Of a stretch of 21,329 nt of DNA, positions 15,857 to 21,329 are shown one piece after another (positions within the stretch are counted from its first letter, which is position 1; each line of letters starts with the position of its first letter). The notes beneath the pieces were generated by a model that made no database searches, was not told where the DNA came from, and saw only the letters and a list, made by a program, of their open reading frames with translations. A program made the translations under genes and the position numbers. Origin of the DNA: Deltaproteobacteria bacterium (lineage in GTDB: Bacteria; Myxococcota_A; UBA9160; SMWR01); contig JAQBGU010000146.1 in assembly GCA_032128375.1 (NCBI GenBank), positions 1-21,329 of the forward strand. Reading direction: 5' to 3'.

Positions 15857-16984
15857 ATGGCTACGAACGACTACACGGGTGCCGGCGTGCCGGTACGGGA
15901 AGACTTACGCGAGACGCACGCGGCCATGCTCGATCATCTGAGGCGCGCGGGTTCGTGGTATACCGGTGCAGAGCGGCTGGCCATCGCTGCCGAGAGCCGC
16001 AACGCCTTGGGGTGCCCGCTGTGCCTGGAGCGCAAGAAGTCGCTCTCGCCCGAACTACCAACGGGCGAACACGCGCGCGTGAGCGATCTGCCCGAGGCGC
16101 TCGTCGAAATCGCGCACCGAATTCGTTTGGACCCGCAACGCTTGTCGCGGAGTTGGTTCGACCGAGTCGTTGCGAAGGATCTGGACGAGGAACACTACGT
16201 CGAGCTGGTGGGGATCGTGACGTTCACGGCGGGCATCGACTACTTCTGTCGATCCATCGGCATCCCGCCGTTTCGGCTTCCCGAGCCACTTCCCGGGGAG
16301 CCCTCCCAGCATCGCCCCGAAAACGTTCGCGGCGGCACCGCTTGGGTCTCGATGCTCGCGCCCGAGGACGCCACGGGTGCCGAGTCCGATCTGTTCGATT
16401 CTGAATTCGTACCCAACATTGCGCGCGCGCTCTCTCTCGTGCCCGATCACGTGCGTGTACTCCAGGTCGAAAGCGCATCGCACTACGTCTCGATGGCTGA
16501 CATTCAGAATCCGACGGTTCAACGCGATCTCGACCGGCTGCAGATGGAACTGGTCGCCGCGCGTGTTTCAGCGATGAACGAGTGTTTCTACTGAACATCG
16601 GCACACGCGATGCTGCTCCGTGTGAGCGGCCAGGTAACCGGAACGCAGATCGACATGAACACCGTGAACGGAGAAGTTCACGACCAAAGCGGTATCGCGC
16701 ACGCCGCCGAGTTGGTCGCATTTGTCGAGGCTGTGATGGGCGACGACGACGACGCATTGGTGAAGGCTCGCGCGGTACTTCGGGCGGTCGTGTCGCCCGA
16801 GGCGTTCGTGGATGCGTGCGCGCTGATCGCAGCGTTCAATGTCGTTGATCGGATCGCAGACTCGACCGGAATTCCGCTCGATGAGCCGGTTGCTCTGATG
16901 ACCGCAGATTTGCGGAATGAGCTCGATCTGGTGCGGTTTCAGTCTTCCGTGAACACGTTGGGGGGAAGTCAGGCCCGATGCTGA
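15857..16984 (+). CDS. Alkylhydroperoxidase AhpD/CMD-like protein, predicted selenoprotein (CxxU; Sec at codon 246, TGA 16592-16594), 375 aa
   Basis: Track ORFs 15641..16594 and 16610..16984 are in the same frame, separated only by TGA plus 5 sense codons. The joined sequence ELVAARVSAMNECFY-U-TSAHAMLL fits the AhpD motif ExxAxxVSxxNxCxxCxxxH. An additional CPLC occurs near the N-terminus. Confidence 0.92.
16612..16630 (+). promoter_or_regulatory. Putative bacterial SECIS element
   Basis: GCTGCTC-CGTGT-GAGCGGC: 7-bp stem (one G-U) and a 5-nt loop with G at position 2, loop starting 24 nt after the UGA. Confidence 0.65.
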
Positions 16985-17125
16985 GTGCTGATTGGCCTGA
17001 CCTCCAGACTGTCGCGGTAGGGTCCAGGCGTCGATGTGCGCTGCCGACACGGCGCTCGATTGAGTCCTGGCTGAGCCGGGCGAACGAGAGCAACGCAGTC
17101 AGCAGTGAATAGCGGTGAACGTTTC

Positions 17126-17971
17126 CTACTCGCTCGCGATCTCGTTGAGTACGGGTAACAGATACTGCTCGAACAGTTCGGGATTCTCCGACATGGGGAA
17201 ATGGCCCATCCCCTCCATCCGCGCAAAACGCGCGCCGGGTACCTCCTTGACGAGTTCCTCGGTTTTCTCCGGCCAGACCGACCAATCGTATTCGCCGGTG
17301 AACAGGTAAAGCGGCACACGGCTCGGATCGATCGCGCGGGCCTTACCGCGCAGGTCGTATTCGAGCGCGTAGTAGTCGAGGTCTCCCTTGAAGACCGGTG
17401 GTGCACCCTGGCTGTAGCACCAGGTCGTCTCGCGCCGGAACGCCTCGGGGCTCGTCGGGGCCATCAGGCCGTACATGAGTGCGGCCTTGCTTTCGTTGCT
17501 GATGCGCGGGTGGTCGAGCAGAGGCATCTCTGCGCCTTGACTCTCGAGAGCGGACTCCAAGCCGATGATCGCGCGGAAAGCGTCGGGATGTTCCAATGCG
17601 AGGTCGATCGCGATCTGGCCGCCCATCGAACAACCCATGAATACCGGCGCGTCGAGTTCGAGCGTCCGGCAGAACGTCAGCAGGAAATCGATGAACCAAT
17701 CGCGCTGGAGCTGGTACTTCTGCTTCCACCACTCGACCCCTGAGGGAGGCAGAGATTTTCCGTGGTACGGAAGGTCGAGCGCGATCACGCGGAACTGATC
17801 CGTGACAGCGGCGCTCTCGAGCAGGTACCGCCACTGGCGGCCGTCTGAGCCAGCGGTGTGTTGCAATAGCAGTGGGATTCCACGGCCGGCCTCTTCGAAA
17901 TAGACGCGATACTCGACACCCTCGACCTCGACGAACACATATCTTCCGACCGCCGTCTCGAATCGCGCCAT
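17126..17971 (-). CDS. Alpha/beta-fold hydrolase
   Basis: HTAG oxyanion region, DLPYHGKS, nucleophile GCSMGG, GEYD, GHF. GGGAG RBS. Confidence 0.92.
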   Translation of the reverse strand: MARFETAVGRYVFVEVEGVEYRVYFEEAGRGIPLLLQHTAGSDGRQWRYLLESAAVTDQFRVIALDLPYHGKSLPPSGVEWWKQKYQLQRDWFIDFLLTFCRTLELDAPVFMGCSMGGQIAIDLALEHPDAFRAIIGLESALESQGAEMPLLDHPRISNESKAALMYGLMAPTSPEAFRRETTWCYSQGAPPVFKGDLDYYALEYDLRGKARAIDPSRVPLYLFTGEYDWSVWPEKTEELVKEVPGARFARMEGMGHFPMSENPELFEQYLLPVLNEIASE

Positions 17972-18068
17972 CGTAATCTCCCACTTGCCGCGACACGATC
18001 ATCCGCGGCTATTGCTTGGTTGCACTCTTGTGTGTTCGCGTTCTGTCGGTCCTTGTCATTGGTGTTTC

Positions 18069-18446
18069 TCAGTGGAACGCTACGTGCTCGCGTATCAAGT
18101 CGAGCATGCGCGTGAGCGCGCCCATGTACGCGTAGCTGTGCATCGGGTCGCCCGACAAGACCACTTCGTGATGGGTGGCGGCGGCAAACAGGCTCTGGTA
18201 GAAGGGGCGTGGAACGGGTGCAAGCAACTTCTCCCACTCCTGTGTCGACGCGTCAATCCCCACATCCAACGAATCGGAGGAGGCCCAGGGACGGATCGCC
18301 TCGACTTCGCCCTGCACGATCCGGACGCAAAGTGGCCGATCGCCAATGCCGAGCCGAACGGAAGCGTCCCAATAACGGGCCGCGTGCCGAAACTCGAAAT
18401 CTCCATTCAGTGTAGCGCGAACAACATCGCACGAAATCTGGATCAT
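18069..18446 (-). CDS. Small hypothetical protein, possibly SCP2 sterol/lipid-carrier-like fold
   Basis: 125 aa with AGGAG RBS. Beta-strand run (CVRIVQGEV, DVGIDAS), then WEKLL and LSGD, as seen in SCP2-like domains. Co-oriented upstream of the hydrolase. Confidence 0.7.
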   Translation of the reverse strand: MIQISCDVVRATLNGDFEFRHAARYWDASVRLGIGDRPLCVRIVQGEVEAIRPWASSDSLDVGIDASTQEWEKLLAPVPRPFYQSLFAAATHHEVVLSGDPMHSYAYMGALTRMLDLIREHVAFH

Positions 18447-18450
18447 CGGC

Positions 18451-18526
18451 TCATTCTCCTCTCGACCCCCTTCTCATTCTCCTCTCGATCTGCTTCTCAT
18501 TCTCCTCTCATTTTCCTCTCGATCTG
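18451..18526. repeat. Four copies of TCATT(C/T)TCCTC(TCGA) containing the RBS of the 18069..18446 gene
   Basis: Copies at 18451-65, 18474-88, 18497-507 (partial) and 18508-22. The minus strand reads TCGAGAGGAGAATGA. Confidence 0.88.
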
Positions 18527-18543
18527 ATCCCGACGCAAAAGCC

Positions 18544-18606
18544 ATTCTACGAAGCTGGACAGCGAGGGGGTAGTTCTTCCGTTCAATCGGCATCAGCTGC
18601 TACGAT
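18544..18606. promoter_or_regulatory. Back-to-back -10 boxes of divergent promoters
   Basis: Minus-strand TAGAAT at 18544-49. Plus-strand extended -10 TGC-TACGAT at 18598-18606. Confidence 0.45.
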
Positions 18607-18646
18607 CGCGGGCCGCGAGATGTCGCTCATTTTGAGGATCCAGCGA

Positions 18647-19432
18647 ATGCCCATCCAAACAGATCTTTTCGACCTGACCGGTAAGGTCGCCGTAATCACC
18701 GGCTCATCCAAAGGAATCGGGAAAGCCATCGCCGAGCAGATGGCCCTGCACGGCGCCAAGGTCGTGGTTTCGAGCCGGAAGGCCGAAGCTTGCGAAGCCG
18801 TCGTATCGGAAATCAACGCGAAAGTCGCCAACGGCGCTGGTGAGGCGATATCGATCCCGGCGAATATCGGAAAGAAGGAAGAGCTGCAGAGCCTCGTCGA
18901 CCAAACGCGCGAAAAGTGGGGAAAGATCGACATCCTCGTGTGCAATGCGGCCGTGAACCCCTATTACGGGCCGTCGAAGGACATTTCAGATTCGGCCTTC
19001 GACAAGATCCTGTCTTCGAATGTGAAATCGAATCACTGGCTCTGCCACATGGTCCTGCCCGAGATGGTCGAGCGAAAAGACGGCGTGGTCATGGTGGTGT
19101 CGAGTGTCGGGGGCCTGAAGGCGAGTACCGTGATCGGCGCCTACAACATTTCGAAGGCAGCCGACTTCGCACTCGTGCGCAACTTGTCTGCGGAGTACGG
19201 GCCGCACAACATTCGGGTCAACGCGATCGCGCCCGGACTGATCCGCACCGATTTTGCGCGTGCGCTCTGGGAAAATCCTCAGATCCTGAAAGGCGCTACC
19301 GCCACCACGCCGCTGCGTCGGATCGGTGAACCCGAAGAACTCGCGGGGGTTGCGGTCTTTCTGGCTTCCAAGGCCGGCACTTTCGCGACCGGTCAGAACT
19401 TCATTATTGACGGGGGCCAGACGATCGCCTGA
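18647..19432 (+). CDS. Short-chain dehydrogenase/reductase (DHRS4/FabG-like)
   Basis: TGSSKGIG, CNAAVNP, catalytic S and YNISK, IRVNAIAPG, IIDGG. Start ATG 18647 has a GAGG RBS (alternative start 18620). Confidence 0.95.
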   Translation: MPIQTDLFDLTGKVAVITGSSKGIGKAIAEQMALHGAKVVVSSRKAEACEAVVSEINAKVANGAGEAISIPANIGKKEELQSLVDQTREKWGKIDILVCNAAVNPYYGPSKDISDSAFDKILSSNVKSNHWLCHMVLPEMVERKDGVVMVVSSVGGLKASTVIGAYNISKAADFALVRNLSAEYGPHNIRVNAIAPGLIRTDFARALWENPQILKGATATTPLRRIGEPEELAGVAVFLASKAGTFATGQNFIIDGGQTIA

Positions 19433-19465
19433 AGCGGCGTTTCCCCGCTTGGAGAACACGCGCAA

Positions 19466-20290
19466 ATGGAACTCCAAAATCGCATCGCAGTCGTCACCGG
19501 TGGCGCCAGCGGAATCGGTCGCGCCCTCGTCGAGCGTTTTTCATCCGATGGCGCCAAGCATGTGGTCGTTGTCGATCGCGACAAAGCCGGCGCCCAGGCT
19601 GTCGCCGAGCAGGTCGGAGGCACGGGGATCTGCATCGACGTCGCCGATGAGCAGGCCGTCAAAGAACTCGTCGATCGTGTCGAGCGCGATCACGGCGGCA
19701 TCGACTTGTTCGTGTCGAACGCTGGATACGTGACAATCGGCGGTCTCGAGGCTCCTGTCGCAGATCTTCAGCGGATGTGGGAAGTACATGTAGTCGCGCA
19801 TCTTTATGCTGCGCGTGCCGTGATCCCGAAGATGGCCCAGCGCGGCGGGGGTTACCTGCTCAATACCGCTTCTGCCGCCGGCCTGTTGTCACAATTCGGC
19901 TCGCTCCACTACGCCGTGACCAAGCACGCTGCCGTGGCGTTCGCAGAATGGGTCGCAATCACCCACGGGCACCAGGGAATCAAAGTGTCAGTTCTGTGTC
20001 CCCAGGCGGTCGCAACCAACATCGGCCCCAACAGCCCAGACTTCGACAAGATGCAAACCGGCAGCAACGTCGCCAGCGGAGACGGCGTGCTTTCGGCCGA
20101 AGACGTCGCGCAGGCCGTCATCGAAGCACTGCGCGAAGAGCGCTTCCACATTCTTCCCCATCCGGAAGTCGGCGAATACGTCAAGCGCAAAGGCGCGGAC
20201 GTCGACCGCTGGATCGGTGGGATGCAGCGCTGGCAGGGAAGGATGTTCCCTCCCGATCAGCAACCTGCGAGCTGGCTCACCGGAAAATAG
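19466..20290 (+). CDS. Short-chain dehydrogenase/reductase
   Basis: TGGASGIG, SNAG, NTASAAG, YAVTK, LCPQAV. GGAG RBS. Confidence 0.95.
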   Translation: MELQNRIAVVTGGASGIGRALVERFSSDGAKHVVVVDRDKAGAQAVAEQVGGTGICIDVADEQAVKELVDRVERDHGGIDLFVSNAGYVTIGGLEAPVADLQRMWEVHVVAHLYAARAVIPKMAQRGGGYLLNTASAAGLLSQFGSLHYAVTKHAAVAFAEWVAITHGHQGIKVSVLCPQAVATNIGPNSPDFDKMQTGSNVASGDGVLSAEDVAQAVIEALREERFHILPHPEVGEYVKRKGADVDRWIGGMQRWQGRMFPPDQQPASWLTGK

Positions 20291-20486
20291 GCGCGCGCTG
20301 CCGGGCCCCTGGCATCTCCGCAGTACACGAAGGTAGGCGCCGAACCAGCGCAATCGTCGAGGCTCTGCCGGCCTATTGCCGCTGCCCTGCCGATCCATTG
20401 ATTCGGTCGATTGCACAGCGCATCCGATGCCCGGAAAATATTCAAGCTGCTGAGTCCTGCGGCCGATCATGGCTGGGATGGACCCG

Positions 20487-21329
20487 CTAGTCCGAAGTTC
20501 TGATGGCGTTTGAGCGCAGAAGCCCGTTGTCATTGAGGAAGTTCGCTGAAGCGATGTGACGCGACTGGCTACAGCGGGACTTTGAGTTCGAGCAGTTCGA
20601 GGGCGCGTCGCTGGAGATCGGTGGGAACCGTGAGTCGGTCGAACGTCGGTAGATCTCCGGCGGGCGCGATGGTGCTGCGGGAGAGCGTTGCGAGTTGTTC
20701 GAGCAGGCCCCGGAAGCGATGGACGGGGTATCGGTCTTGCGTTCGCCGAGTCGAGGCTTTGTGCGCCGCGCTCGTGGATCGTGTGGCCGGAGCGACCGGG
20801 GAGCCGCGGCGCTGTTTCGCGTCTTGCGGGTCGTCTTCGGCGAACAGAAGCGGCGCCCAGGCCCGACGCATGTGCCACTCGACGTAGTAGGCGAGCATAC
20901 ACAGAAATACGTGTGCGCGTACACGGGATTCCAACCGATGATGGATGGGCCGCACATGGAGATCGACGGTCTTCATGCAGCGGAAGGCGCGCTCCACCTT
21001 CGCCAGATCCTTGTAGGCCCGCACGGTGCTTTCGGTGTCGAGCACGTCGCTCGCCACCGAGGTGCGCAGTACGTAGATGCCATCGAGTGCGGCTTCAGCG
21101 GCGATCGCCTGCGTCTTGCGCGCGTAGCGGAACGAGGCCTCGGTAATCGCAATCTCGAAGTGTTTCGCCATCTTGAAGCGGCCCAGCACCTTGCCGACCC
21201 GCAGGCCGATCTGCGCCTCGCCTCGCAAGGCGCGCTTGTCGCGCCGCATAGCCGCGGCGATCTTCTCGAGTTCGCGCTCCGTCGCCTGGAGGAGATCCTC
21301 TCGCTTGCGCGCTCGCTCGGCGGCCAGCA
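20487..21329 (-). mobile_element. IS1634-family insertion sequence, 3' portion (other end outside the window)
   Basis: Contains the transposase below. Candidate terminal sequence CTAGTCCGAAGTTC at 20487-20500; the boundary is inferred, and the partner TIR and TSD are not visible. Confidence 0.75.
20569..21329 (-). CDS. IS1634-family DDE transposase (C-terminal part; 5' end beyond the right edge)
   Basis: The frame is open to the edge: LAAERARKREDLLQATERELEKI...DGIYVLRT...YKDLAKVERAFRCMKT...RPIHHRLESRVRAHVFLCMLAYY. Confidence 0.93.
   Translation of the reverse strand, partial: LAAERARKREDLLQATERELEKIAAAMRRDKRALRGEAQIGLRVGKVLGRFKMAKHFEIAITEASFRYARKTQAIAAEAALDGIYVLRTSVASDVLDTESTVRAYKDLAKVERAFRCMKTVDLHVRPIHHRLESRVRAHVFLCMLAYYVEWHMRRAWAPLLFAEDDPQDAKQRRGSPVAPATRSTSAAHKASTRRTQDRYPVHRFRGLLEQLATLSRSTIAPAGDLPTFDRLTVPTDLQRRALELLELKVPL

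Noticed and set aside
16610..16984. Stand-alone 124-aa ORF
   Set aside because: It has no RBS and is in frame with the upstream ORF; better explained as the post-Sec C-terminal part of the AhpD-like protein.
12405..16984. Genetic code reassignment (UGA=Trp or Gly) as the cause of the in-frame TGAs
   Set aside because: TGA ends several complete genes here (e.g. crotonase, first SDR, second ABC subunit, RND permease), TGG encodes Trp, and both internal TGAs fall on Cys positions.
17972..18071. UGA read-through fusing the SCP2-like gene to the hydrolase
   Set aside because: The gap is 97 nt (out of frame), an in-frame TAG follows, there is no Cys-motif context, and the hydrolase has its own RBS.
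1..21329. tRNA-Sec or other structural RNA genes, sel genes, and an RND outer-membrane factor
   Set aside because: None is recognisable by eye in this window; they may lie elsewhere in the genome.

Overview
High-GC bacterial chromosomal window, mostly lipid/aromatic catabolic and transport genes. In order: N-terminus of an EthA/BVMO-type flavin monooxygenase (cut by the left edge), a membrane-anchored DUF1330-like protein, an orphan Rieske oxygenase alpha subunit, a heterodimeric ABC exporter pair, a dienoyl-CoA-isomerase-like crotonase, an RND permease plus membrane fusion protein, a SAM methyltransferase, a secreted HEAT-repeat protein, an AhpD/CMD-like protein, an alpha/beta hydrolase, a small SCP2-like protein, two SDRs, and the 3' part of an IS1634-family element at the right edge. 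The main signal the ORF track misses is two apparent selenoprotein genes about 3.6 kb apart. In each, an in-frame TGA falls exactly on a family-conserved Cys position, the frame stays open, and a SECIS-like hairpin follows. (1) The ArsM-like methyltransferase reads WSR-U-IAGA (12405..13208). (2) The AhpD-like protein reads NECFY-U-TSAH, a CxxU motif (15857..16984); the track splits it into two ORFs. No sel machinery (selA/B/C/D) is visible in the window. Several 5' leaders of minus-strand genes carry short tandem repeats. All family assignments come from motif recognition by eye, not from database searches.
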